DNA from: a virus
Reading direction: 5' to 3' (one strand)
Length of the DNA stretch: 64,000 bases
Virus record (IMG/VR): IMGVR_UViG_3300037483_000793
Location: 32,001 to 96,000 of that record
In this document: positions 53,688 to 62,319 of the stretch, piece after piece
How the letters are laid out: each line of letters begins with the position of its first letter
Position numbering within the stretch: the stretch's first letter is position 1
Made by a program: the position numbers and the translations under genes
Notes under the pieces: model-generated
Databases searched by the model: none
What the model was told of the DNA's origin: nothing
Seen by the model: the letters and a program-made list of their open reading frames with translations, nothing else

Positions 53688-54073
53688 TGGAGAAAGCGAA
53701 GCGTCAGAAACTTGAAGCTGCTGGGTGGCGTGTTGGGTCCGCGAAGGCGTTCCTCGCGACGAAAGAGAAACAGCCGCCAAAGCCGCCGATGCGGTACGGC
53801 AAGCATGCGCTGGAACGTTTCATCGAGCGCTGGGGACCGATGCCCAACGCCGAACAAGTGCTCAAGGTCGCTGTCAGCTGCAGCGCCTACCACGTCGAGA
53901 ATGTCCCCGATGAGAATCAAAGCATCTGGGGTTTCGTCGTGCACTACGGTCCGCGCAAGGGCGAGGTCGCGCTTATGGTTGTCGCCGCCGACGGGACGGT
54001 TCGTACTGTTCTACCGTCGGGCTCGCGGCGGCCCGCGAAACGCCGCCCGACGCAACGTCGGAGATCCAAGTGA
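53684..54073 (+). CDS. protein with antitoxin-like N-peptide and HAxxRFxER domain
   Basis: MEKAKRQKLEAAGWRVGSAKAFL; KHALERFIERW...TVRTVL. Confidence 0.7.
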   Translation: MMEKAKRQKLEAAGWRVGSAKAFLATKEKQPPKPPMRYGKHALERFIERWGPMPNAEQVLKVAVSCSAYHVENVPDENQSIWGFVVHYGPRKGEVALMVVAADGTVRTVLPSGSRRPAKRRPTQRRRSK

Positions 54074-54831
54074 AGATCCCGACGCTGGCCGAATGCGAAA
54101 AGGCGATCGGCGAGCCTGCAAGTTCGTGGACCGCGCGCTGCTACGAGATCTCGTGCAAGATCGTCAAGGCAGGTCTCGTGTCGCGCAAGCGCGGGCTCGG
54201 CGGCGAGGCCGTCTACGGCCACTGGCTTGGGCCCGTGTCGCCGCGTAGCCACTTCGCAGATCGCAAACGCACGTTGCCGTTCATCCCGCACGGCTGGATC
54301 TGGGTCGAGTCGCATTCCATGGTCATCGACCCGACACGGTGGGTGTTCGAGGCGCACACGCCGTACCTGTTCGCGGACTACGAGACCGACGAGACAACCG
54401 TCCGCTGCAAGCACTGCCAGATGCTGCAGTGCGAGCATGACTTCCTGGGCGCGAACGACGAATGCATCCTGTTCGAGCCCGAACGCTGGCCGTACGACGA
54501 AGGCGGCAACGCATGGCGTGCAGCAATACACATCCACCGACCGGCACCCGAGCCGAAGGCAAAGGACAAGCGATTCAAGCTCAAGCTCAGCAAGGACGTG
54601 GCGATCCTCGTCGGTGGGCTGCTCGGTCAACGAGACAGTACCAAGGCGACGGCCGAGCAGATCTTCTGGCTGTCGAACCTGCCCTACCAGCAGATCGCTG
54701 GTGGAATCGGTCCGCGCGCTGTCAAGGAGGTCTACGACGCGATCTGCGATGCAGGAAGTTACTACATCGAGTTCATTCCGTTGGATAACAGGGTGAAGGC
54801 GAAGCGCGAGGCCGGTTTCTCGCGCACGTAG
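54070..54831 (+). CDS. phage protein with Cys...His...HGW signature and Cys-rich insert
   Basis: RCYEIS...VYGHWLG...HGWI...VIDPTRWVF...YDEGGN. Confidence 0.75.
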   Translation: MKIPTLAECEKAIGEPASSWTARCYEISCKIVKAGLVSRKRGLGGEAVYGHWLGPVSPRSHFADRKRTLPFIPHGWIWVESHSMVIDPTRWVFEAHTPYLFADYETDETTVRCKHCQMLQCEHDFLGANDECILFEPERWPYDEGGNAWRAAIHIHRPAPEPKAKDKRFKLKLSKDVAILVGGLLGQRDSTKATAEQIFWLSNLPYQQIAGGIGPRAVKEVYDAICDAGSYYIEFIPLDNRVKAKREAGFSRT

Positions 54832-54834
54832 GAG

Positions 54835-55062
54835 TTGGGAATGAACACGTTCGATAGCCTGAAAGTTTTCTCCGCGTCGCTGTACCGTGACCGCGAAGTA
54901 CTCGGCGAGCGGATCACCGATTGGATCGCAGCGAACGACGTCGAGATCTCGCGCTTCGAGGTCCGGCAGTCGTCCGATCGCGCTTTTCATTGCTTGACGA
55001 TCATCGTGTTCTATCGACAGGCCAGTAAGCCAAACGCTGCCGCCGGAGGCGTTCGTGGCTAG
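54835..55062 (+). CDS. small protein resembling a conserved myxobacterial hypothetical
   Basis: FDSLKVFSASLYRDREVLGERITDWI...QSSDRAFHCLTIIVFY; AGGAG RBS. Confidence 0.75.
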   Translation: MGMNTFDSLKVFSASLYRDREVLGERITDWIAANDVEISRFEVRQSSDRAFHCLTIIVFYRQASKPNAAAGGVRG

Positions 55063-55420
55063 AGAGCGGCACGGGCGCAAGATCGAGCCGTATGTTCCGT
55101 CGCCCGGTGCCCTGCCGTTGCACGAGGTCGTGCGTGAACTGTTCGAGAGCGCCCGCACGTTGGATCAGCTCGACGACGAAATCGGGCGGCTTTTGCGCGA
55201 GACGCAGGAACTGTTCTATACGCGTCGGCCGACAGGCTACCCTGTCGATGTTCCGTTCCCGCCGTGGGGCAAGCTCGCGTGGAGCGGTCGGCGCGGTCGG
55301 TGGCGTCTCGTTGTACTCGAAGACGAAGATTGCACGGACCTGTTCGACATGCCACGTGAGTGTCGCGCCGACGCGTGCCACTTGCTGGCCAAGCTCGCTG
55401 AAAGGATGAATCTGCTGTGA
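55055..55420 (+). CDS. hypothetical protein
   Basis: GGAGG RBS. Confidence 0.65.
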   Translation: MARERHGRKIEPYVPSPGALPLHEVVRELFESARTLDQLDDEIGRLLRETQELFYTRRPTGYPVDVPFPPWGKLAWSGRRGRWRLVVLEDEDCTDLFDMPRECRADACHLLAKLAERMNLL

Positions 55421-55848
55421 GGAGCTATGCGTCCCGTAACATCTTCCACGAGACCGCGATGGCGGTCTGGGCCGACGCTGTCGATTTGGTCGATCGCGTG
55501 AGCGATCGGCACCTCGATGAAGTGCGCTGCCACGAGCTGGCGCGTGCTGCATGGGCAGCACTCATGGATCTCAACCTGTACAAGCTCGTCAAGGCGAACG
55601 CGACCCTCGTACTCGTTGACGGTCAGCTCGGTGCGATCGAGCACAGCTGGCTCATGTACCGCTGGCATGATCCGATCGCGCCGAAGCGGTTTATCCTCGA
55701 CGTGTACTGTCCGGGACGGATACCGCAGGTGCAGTTGATCGACACGCACATCTTCATCGCGCGCAACTACGAGCAAGGTCCCGCGCGCACGGACATCTCG
55801 AACGAGATGACGTCGATGCTACTCGCGGAGATGCAACGTGGCCGATAA
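55417..55848 (+). CDS. phage hypothetical protein
   Basis: RCHELARA...VDG..GAIEHSWL...ILDVY. Confidence 0.7.
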   Translation: MRSYASRNIFHETAMAVWADAVDLVDRVSDRHLDEVRCHELARAAWAALMDLNLYKLVKANATLVLVDGQLGAIEHSWLMYRWHDPIAPKRFILDVYCPGRIPQVQLIDTHIFIARNYEQGPARTDISNEMTSMLLAEMQRGR

Positions 55849-56791
55849 CCTTCCAGCTGGCATGTTCGTCGTTACCGACAACGACATCTCGACGAAGACG
55901 CAGCTTGTCGCTGCGTTGCGGAAGTTTCTCGTGACAGGCAAGACGACGGTGCCGCCCGATAACGGCCGTGACTATCACGCGAGTCCTGGTGAGCTGGTGC
56001 TCGTACACGCGATCGCGGACTACTACGAGTACAACGATGCGATCCCGGACAAAGTCCTCGGCATCGGTGTTTTCCACGATCTGCGCAAGCATCTTGCTGA
56101 AGCGTTCCACGCGTTCCGTACCGAGCCCAAGTACGACGTCGTACGCGAGGCATACAAGCGCGAAACCGGCGAGAGCGACGAGATTCCAGACCTGTTCGAT
56201 GCACGCGGTCGCTGGACGCGACACCGTGTGGTCTACGATTTGTGTCGGCTCATGCCGCTGATCGCGGGTCGCATGGGTGGCGTATGGCTGGAGCGTGACC
56301 TCGAAGGTTACTTCGAATGTCAGGTGCACGTCGTCGAAGCAGCATGGCGTGAGTTCGTGCGGCGGTGCTACCGCGAGATCGCTCCTGTGATCAAAGCAAG
56401 CGGTTCGACTTCGCGCCGCGGGTTGTTCGGACGGACGTATCTGAACGCCGATGCGATGGCAGGCCGCGTCCAGTACACATTCGAGCGCATGACATCGGAG
56501 CCCGACCTAAAGATTCTCGATCAGTTGACGGCCCTGGCCGAGAATCGCGACGCCACCGTCGAGAACAAGTACGCCGCGATCGAGGCGTTGCTGATGACAC
56601 GCCGAGCACCGAAAGAGACGTGGGGGCGCTACGAGATCTCGTTTGCTGCTGACGAGAGCGACCTGCTCGGGATGCGCTCGGGCATGAACTTCCCGGGCTC
56701 AAGTATCACGGACTACAAGTCCTGCGTCGACATGATCGAAGACGTCGTGGCGCACTGGGATCTGTCGAAGCTCGTCGAAGGCCGCTATTGA
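55838..56791 (+). CDS. two-part hypothetical protein with an NKYAAI module
   Basis: GGAG RBS; ILDQLTALAENRDATVENKYAAIEALLMTRRAP. Confidence 0.7.
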   Translation: MADNLPAGMFVVTDNDISTKTQLVAALRKFLVTGKTTVPPDNGRDYHASPGELVLVHAIADYYEYNDAIPDKVLGIGVFHDLRKHLAEAFHAFRTEPKYDVVREAYKRETGESDEIPDLFDARGRWTRHRVVYDLCRLMPLIAGRMGGVWLERDLEGYFECQVHVVEAAWREFVRRCYREIAPVIKASGSTSRRGLFGRTYLNADAMAGRVQYTFERMTSEPDLKILDQLTALAENRDATVENKYAAIEALLMTRRAPKETWGRYEISFAADESDLLGMRSGMNFPGSSITDYKSCVDMIEDVVAHWDLSKLVEGRY

Positions 56792-56796
56792 GACGA

Positions 56797-56830
56797 TACT
56801 CTTGACTTGTCGTAGATCGCGCGCTAGCGT
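56797..56830 (+). promoter_or_regulatory. sigma70-like promoter TTGACT-17-TAGCGT (motif A variant)
   Basis: TACTCTTGACTTGT core. Confidence 0.65.
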
Positions 56831-56850
56831 GGGGTAGGTAGGTAGATCGC

Positions 56851-58212
56851 ATGAGCGACAGCAAGAAGATCCACATCATCTCGGGTGGTACGATCAGTCA
56901 CATCACGCCGCATCTCGGGCTCACGGCCCGCGCCTACGGCAACACGGGTCGTGCGCTTGCGCGGCTGTGCGCCGAACAGATGCCGACTCTCGATGCGTTG
57001 CTGCACCGCACGCGGATGGCAGGCGGTAACAAGCTCGAAACCAACGACGACGTCGAGCAGCTGATCAACAAGCTCAAGGCGGATGCGTCGACGAAGATCA
57101 TCTTCATGCCGGTCGCGCTGTGCGACTTCGATGTCGTCGAAGCGACGCGTACTGTCGAAGAGATGCGCGACGACATGCCGTACATTCGACACGTCAAGCA
57201 CGCACTCGGCAAGGATGCGCCGCGGCTGAAGACGTCCGAGCATGAGCGTCTACCGCTCGGCGAGTATGACTCGGCCGATACGCTCGGTGAGCCATCGCTG
57301 CATCTGGCACTCGTTCCTGCCAAGAAGATCATCCCGATGGGTCGTGACGGTCGCAAGGACATCTTCCTCGTCGGGTTCAAGACGACGAGTGGCGCGACCG
57401 AAGACGAGCAGTACATCGCCGGTCTGAACCTGCTCAAGGGCGCGAGCTGCAACCTCGTGCTCGCAAACGACCTCAAGACGCGCGTCAACATGATCATCAC
57501 GCCCGAGGAGGCGCGCTACCACGTCACGCGCGATCGCGAGACGGTATTGCGTGAGCTGGTCGACATGACAAAACTGCGTTCGCACCTGACGTTCACGCGC
57601 AGTACTGTGATTGCGGGCGAGCCTGTGTCGTGGACGAGCAATTTGGTCCCCGCGTCGCTGCGTCGCATCGTCAACCACTGCATCGAGAAGAACGCGTACA
57701 AGCCGTTCCGCGGTGCGACGGTTGGCCACTTCGCGGTCAAGATCTCCGACAACGAGTTCCTGACGTCGCAGCGCAAGACCAACTTCAACGACCTGCACAA
57801 GCTCGGCCTCGTCCGGATCAAGACCGACGGTCCCGACACCGTGCTCGCGTACGGCGCAAAACCGAGCGTAGGCGGTCAGAGCCAGCGCATCGTGTTCTCG
57901 GAGCACCCCGAGTACGACTGTATCGTGCACTTCCACTGTCCACTGCGTCAGACGTGGGATCTCCCATCACTTAGTGACATCCCCGTCGTCTCGCAACGCG
58001 AATACGAGTGCGGTTCGCACCAATGCGGCCAGAACACGTCGCGCGGCCTCAAGAAGTTCGGCAATCTCAGCTGCGTGATGCTCGATCAGCACGGCCCGAA
58101 CATCGTGTTCAATCACAGCATCGATCCCGACGAGGTCATCAACTTCATCGATGCGAATTTCGATCTGAACGCCAAAACAGGCGGCTACGTGACGCTGGGA
58201 GCGCAGTCGTGA
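56851..58212 (+). CDS. CoaB-like (phosphopantothenate-cysteine ligase/DFP) domain fused to class II aldolase/adducin-like domain
   Basis: IHIISGGTISHI...GNTGRALA, MPVALCDF, FLVGFKTT, CNLVLANDL; then GHFAVKI..NEFLTS, HPEYDCIVHFH, YECGS, LDQHG. Confidence 0.82.
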   Translation: MSDSKKIHIISGGTISHITPHLGLTARAYGNTGRALARLCAEQMPTLDALLHRTRMAGGNKLETNDDVEQLINKLKADASTKIIFMPVALCDFDVVEATRTVEEMRDDMPYIRHVKHALGKDAPRLKTSEHERLPLGEYDSADTLGEPSLHLALVPAKKIIPMGRDGRKDIFLVGFKTTSGATEDEQYIAGLNLLKGASCNLVLANDLKTRVNMIITPEEARYHVTRDRETVLRELVDMTKLRSHLTFTRSTVIAGEPVSWTSNLVPASLRRIVNHCIEKNAYKPFRGATVGHFAVKISDNEFLTSQRKTNFNDLHKLGLVRIKTDGPDTVLAYGAKPSVGGQSQRIVFSEHPEYDCIVHFHCPLRQTWDLPSLSDIPVVSQREYECGSHQCGQNTSRGLKKFGNLSCVMLDQHGPNIVFNHSIDPDEVINFIDANFDLNAKTGGYVTLGAQS

Positions 58213-58649
58213 GCGGCAAAATTGTGATGAGCAAAGACGTTCTGCTCCAGACGCGTGTGCCCGCTGGCGCAGCGCGCGAAGTCAAACGTCGCGCTCGCAA
58301 CAACGGCGACTCCGACGCAGCGTGGTTGCGGCGTCTGTTGCTGGACGTGACCGGCGAAGCAGAAATCGTTCAACCGCGATCGCAATCCGCCGACGAGTTC
58401 TTCGACCTCGGGCAGCTGTTCATTCGCAAGTCGATGATCGTTGCGATGGACTGGATCGACCCGAACAAAGGCTCGTGCGCGTCCGGATCGAAACCGTGGG
58501 AGTTGCGCGTGCAGTTGCGCGACGGTAGCAGTCTGATGCTGTCGACGACACCGGCCAAGATCGTTCTGAAAGCGTTCGGCTTGCCGCACGCGAATCCGTA
58601 TCCGGCGGGCACTGAAGCGGCGCGGAAAGCAGAAAGGAACGCACGATGA
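58209..58649 (+). CDS. ribbon-helix-helix-like N-terminus plus unknown domain
   Basis: VLLQTRVPAGAAREVKRRA...SDAAWLRRLL. Confidence 0.65.
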   Translation: MSGKIVMSKDVLLQTRVPAGAAREVKRRARNNGDSDAAWLRRLLLDVTGEAEIVQPRSQSADEFFDLGQLFIRKSMIVAMDWIDPNKGSCASGSKPWELRVQLRDGSSLMLSTTPAKIVLKAFGLPHANPYPAGTEAARKAERNAR

Positions 58650-59050
58650 CGGGCGACCTGACCATCCTCGACAAGCTCGCAGCGATCATCGCGAATTCCG
58701 ATGCCAGCGACGAGAACAAGTATGCAGCAATCCAGGTAGTGATGCTGACACGGCGCCCGCCGTCGTCGATGCTGACACTCAGTGCTTACGATCAAGAACT
58801 CGCCAAGAGCGCAGGCAATCCACTGCCTGTTGACGCTCTCGCACTCGTATTCGGTGACGGCCGCGCGTGCGTATGCGTTCGCATCTACGGATCCAGCGCT
58901 TGGCGCGAAATTATGTCCGCGCCGGGCACCACTGAGGATGGTCTGGCGTGTGGCGTCAGTTTGCGTTCGCCGGATGCGTTCGCGTGTGCGCCGTTTGCGA
59001 TCGCTGGAGGGCCAGACGACTTACACGTACCGCTGGCAGTGGCACCGTGA
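58646..59050 (+). CDS. hypothetical protein with an NKYAAI module
   Basis: ILDKLAAIIANSDASDENKYAAIQVVMLTRRPP. Confidence 0.7.
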   Translation: MTGDLTILDKLAAIIANSDASDENKYAAIQVVMLTRRPPSSMLTLSAYDQELAKSAGNPLPVDALALVFGDGRACVCVRIYGSSAWREIMSAPGTTEDGLACGVSLRSPDAFACAPFAIAGGPDDLHVPLAVAP

Positions 59051-59280
59051 GCGTCAACTGGTCCAAGAAAGAGTTCGCGTCGAAGCTGGTACAGCACGTT
59101 CGGTTTGCATCGGAGCTTCAAATCGGTGACATCGTGTTCGAGGACGGCAACCCGATCGGTGTCGCGAAGGTCGTCGTGGGCAGCCGCGTCCAGATCTACG
59201 ATTGCGACGACAACGGCTGGGAGTACGCGAGCGAAAAGTTGGTCTTCATCGTGCCGCGTGAAATGCTGAGGACTACATGA
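59047..59280 (+). CDS. small hypothetical protein
   Basis: GTGA overlap. Confidence 0.65.
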   Translation: MSVNWSKKEFASKLVQHVRFASELQIGDIVFEDGNPIGVAKVVVGSRVQIYDCDDNGWEYASEKLVFIVPREMLRTT

Positions 59281-59708
59281 ACACGACACCACAGTTCAGT
59301 TACAACCGTCTCCTGAGCGGCAAAGCGATCGTCACGTGCACGTGCGGTTGGCGTGACCCGCTTGGGCCAATGCCGGTTAGTCCGTTCGATCCTCGCGAAG
59401 CGCTTGCAGCTGCAGCTGCTGAGCACCTGAAGTGCGACCCGCAGCCGCAGCCTATCACCGAGCTGACGACGCTCGGTGAACTAGCTGTACAGCGCAAGAT
59501 GCTTGGCATCACGAGCATGACGCTGTTCATCGACCCAGACGGTCCCCGACGTACGGTCGTCATTTTCAACCACGAGCAAGGTGCGTTGACCGGCGACGGT
59601 GAAACCGAAGCAGCAGCAATCGAAGCTGCATTCTCGGCGCTGCGACGTGCAATGTTGCCGCCGGAGCTGCGTGCGCTGCTCAACGCCCCAGCGCCTGCGA
59701 AGCCGTGA
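59277..59708 (+). CDS. hypothetical protein
   Basis: CTCGW...HLK. Confidence 0.65.
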   Translation: MNTTPQFSYNRLLSGKAIVTCTCGWRDPLGPMPVSPFDPREALAAAAAEHLKCDPQPQPITELTTLGELAVQRKMLGITSMTLFIDPDGPRRTVVIFNHEQGALTGDGETEAAAIEAAFSALRRAMLPPELRALLNAPAPAKP

Positions 59709-60700
59709 CCGCCCCGATCGTCACACCGTATCCGAACACCGAGTTCGAGAACCGTCTGCATCGCTACCAACGTCAGCGCGATCTCGCGCTACGTGGCTAC
59801 GAAAGGAATCGAATGTCGCTTGCACTGGCCGAAGCACTCCGCAACGAAATCCGTGCCGCCCTCGAAGCAGACGGCAAACCGTTCGACATCAACGTCGCGC
59901 GCCACGTCTACGACCTCGCGATCGCCGCCAAGGACATGTGCGCCGCAGCGACGGCAGCGACAGGCGGCGTCGGTGACACGGTCAAGTTGATCGCCGACAA
60001 CAACGGTCCCATCGAGTCGCTCGGCGAGCTGGAGCCCGATGCACCTGCGGTACAAGCGCAGGCGTCTGAGACGTTCGGTGCACGTATCCTGCGCGAGCTG
60101 ATGGCGACGCTCAAGCCGCCACAGTCACTGCCGGTCGAGGACCCGAAGGCGCTCGTGCATGCGCTCGCCGAGGCACGCCGCAACGGCATGACGGACGTTG
60201 CTACCGAGCTGGAGATCAAGCTGTTCGGTCGCGAGCTGCTCAGCAACAAGCCGATCGCGCACGCGATCGATGTTCCGCATGGCAGCTTCGATCACGGCTA
60301 CGCCGACGGCAAGGTCGATCGCCCGCCGGAGTACGGCGATGAGAACAGCGACTACCATCTCGGTTTCCTGCGCGGCACTGAAGCGCGGTTCCTCGAACCG
60401 GTCGGTGGTCGTGCAGGCGCTATCGAGAAGAAACTTGTCGACGACCCGCCGCTCTGCGCGGCGTGCATCAAAGACCCTGATCCGCGCGGCGGCTCAGCGT
60501 GCTTCCGGTGCCGTAAGATCCGGCGGGCCGCTGACCGCGGCTCGGCGCATCCGTTCGTCACGCGCGTTACCGACCGCTTTGCGGGTCCGCCGTCTGAGAC
60601 CTGCGAGGTATGTGGCACTGATCCACGCAACGTGATGCACGAGAACCACGAACAGGCACTGCGCGATGCGCACAGCTCGAACGGAGTCACGATCGTATGA
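59705..60700 (+). CDS. modular hypothetical protein with C-terminal zinc fingers
   Basis: GTGA overlap; CAAC...CFRC...CEVC. Confidence 0.7.
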   Translation: MTAPIVTPYPNTEFENRLHRYQRQRDLALRGYERNRMSLALAEALRNEIRAALEADGKPFDINVARHVYDLAIAAKDMCAAATAATGGVGDTVKLIADNNGPIESLGELEPDAPAVQAQASETFGARILRELMATLKPPQSLPVEDPKALVHALAEARRNGMTDVATELEIKLFGRELLSNKPIAHAIDVPHGSFDHGYADGKVDRPPEYGDENSDYHLGFLRGTEARFLEPVGGRAGAIEKKLVDDPPLCAACIKDPDPRGGSACFRCRKIRRAADRGSAHPFVTRVTDRFAGPPSETCEVCGTDPRNVMHENHEQALRDAHSSNGVTIV

Positions 60701-61557
60701 AAACCTGGTTCATTCCGAGCTGGAACGGCGACTTTCGACTCGTCGCAGGCGACGACGCGAACACGTCGAAGTTGCTCGTCATGGAGCCGACACCGCACGA
60801 GAAGCAACTGCTCGCCGTGTTCATGAAGCAAGCGCGCAAGAAGGGTTGGACCGCCGAGCCGTTCGCGGCCGATGACATCATCGATACGCGGACGATCGAG
60901 TTGAAGACGCCGCTGACCAAGGCCGGTCCCGCGCTCGTCAAGATCGTCAAGCCCAAAGACCGCACGCTAACGGCGGTCAGCTTCAAGAACGGCAAGCTCG
61001 AAGTCGCCGAGGCTGACGGGCTCACAACGCTCGTCGCGAAGGCCGAGAACGACAAAGAGGCCAAGGCTGTCAGCGTGTCGCGTCCGACGCCGTGCTGTCC
61101 GCGCTGTGAGCCAGGTGCAATCGCGCCCGCGCGCGACGTGCTGCTGGCCTTCCTCAACGAGCAGGAACACGCTGACTGGGCCGAGCACCGCGCGATCAGC
61201 GTGACGGGTGGGATGTCAGGTCACCGCTATCTGCTCGCGCACCGCAACAGTCCGACCGCCGGACGGCTCGGTAAGATCTGCTACGACATGGACGAGCGGT
61301 TCGTGTTGCACTTCCACGCGACAGATCTGCCACCTGAGGAAGAAATCCTCGCCGCGAAGCTGATCCTCGAACACCGTGAGCCCTGGCTGCGCAACGAGGC
61401 TACGGTCGTGCAGCAACGCGCTGACGGTACGTGGACGGACCTCGGTTTCATGCGCTACAAGAACCCGTTCGGCGACATCCAAGACGGTCGTGTCGACGCA
61501 GCGATCACAGGCGCGATCGGCGGGTTTGTGGAAATGATGTTGGACGTGAAACCGTGA
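60697..61557 (+). CDS. conserved hypothetical protein
   Basis: PTPCCPRC...VTGGMSGHRY...LPPEEEILAAKLILE. Confidence 0.8.
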   Translation: MKTWFIPSWNGDFRLVAGDDANTSKLLVMEPTPHEKQLLAVFMKQARKKGWTAEPFAADDIIDTRTIELKTPLTKAGPALVKIVKPKDRTLTAVSFKNGKLEVAEADGLTTLVAKAENDKEAKAVSVSRPTPCCPRCEPGAIAPARDVLLAFLNEQEHADWAEHRAISVTGGMSGHRYLLAHRNSPTAGRLGKICYDMDERFVLHFHATDLPPEEEILAAKLILEHREPWLRNEATVVQQRADGTWTDLGFMRYKNPFGDIQDGRVDAAITGAIGGFVEMMLDVKP

Positions 61558-61964
61558 AGGACGCCAACGGCCTGGAGATCGGCCCCGAGAAGCCGTGCCT
61601 GATCTGCGGCGAGCCTGCCTCGACACGTCCTGACGGCTCGGTACGCGCGCACTCGCGCTGGAAGGCTGAAGGCGTCCCACGGCTTGGTGTCGAGTCATGT
61701 CCAGGCGGGCACAAGCCGTCAACGACGTGTCCCGAGTGCGGCGTCGAGGACAGTGTCACGTGGCGGCGTGAAGAAGAGAAGTTCCCGTACGGCGCGCCGG
61801 TCGGCTACGGGGCCATCTACGGCGTCGAGCCCGAGATCGTCGAGCTGACCGCGATCGTCGATATGGGCCGCTGCGCCGTTTGCAAGTTCGAGTTCACCGA
61901 TTGGCGTGCTGAAATTGCGCGCGACGCAGCGGTGCAAGTGCACCTGAACGGAGCTGCGAAGTGA
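61554..61964 (+). CDS. zinc-finger protein with a MqsA/YgiT-type ribbon, no HTH
   Basis: CPECG...FPYG...ELTAIV..GRCAVCKFEFTDWRAEIARDAAV. Confidence 0.65.
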   Translation: MKDANGLEIGPEKPCLICGEPASTRPDGSVRAHSRWKAEGVPRLGVESCPGGHKPSTTCPECGVEDSVTWRREEEKFPYGAPVGYGAIYGVEPEIVELTAIVDMGRCAVCKFEFTDWRAEIARDAAVQVHLNGAAK

Positions 61965-62284
61965 GCAACAAGTGCACCTGCGGTCAGCTCGGGCCGCTGT
62001 CACTGCGCAGCGGTGACATCTGCCTCTTCTGTGAACGGCAAGAAATCGAGAACAACTCGACCATCGGTGCGGGTGTTTCATCGAAGTCATACACGCGCGA
62101 CGTGGCGATCGCGACCATCGAGATGCAGCAGGCCCGAGGCGCGACCAGTCGTTGCCTGAAGTGTCGGCATGTGAGCGGCGACAACTGGGAGCAGTGTGAA
62201 GGCACCTGTCCGATGCCGGGCTCGCCGCACTACGACGATCTCACGGCGCACGCGTTTCAGCGAATCCCGTTGCCTCGTGAATAA
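61961..62284 (+). CDS. Cys-rich hypothetical protein
   Basis: CTCG, CLFC, CLKC, CEGTCPMPGSPH. Confidence 0.65.
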   Translation: MSNKCTCGQLGPLSLRSGDICLFCERQEIENNSTIGAGVSSKSYTRDVAIATIEMQQARGATSRCLKCRHVSGDNWEQCEGTCPMPGSPHYDDLTAHAFQRIPLPRE

Positions 62285-62298
62285 GTCGAGAGTAACAT
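62270..62298 (+). promoter_or_regulatory. sigma70-like promoter TTGCCT-17-TAACAT containing an inverted motif A core
   Basis: TTGCCTCGTGAATA resembles TTGCTTTGTGAATA; AAGTCGAGAGTAA is the reverse complement of TTACTCTCGACTT at 43785. Confidence 0.55.
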
Positions 62299-62319
62299 GT
62301 GTCGTACAAGGGCAACGCT

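Noticed and set aside
49653-60268. Motif B exact matches at 49653 and 60253
   Set aside because: Inside coding regions as Ile-Ala-x-Ala-Ile codons, with no -10 box or start nearby; treated as background.
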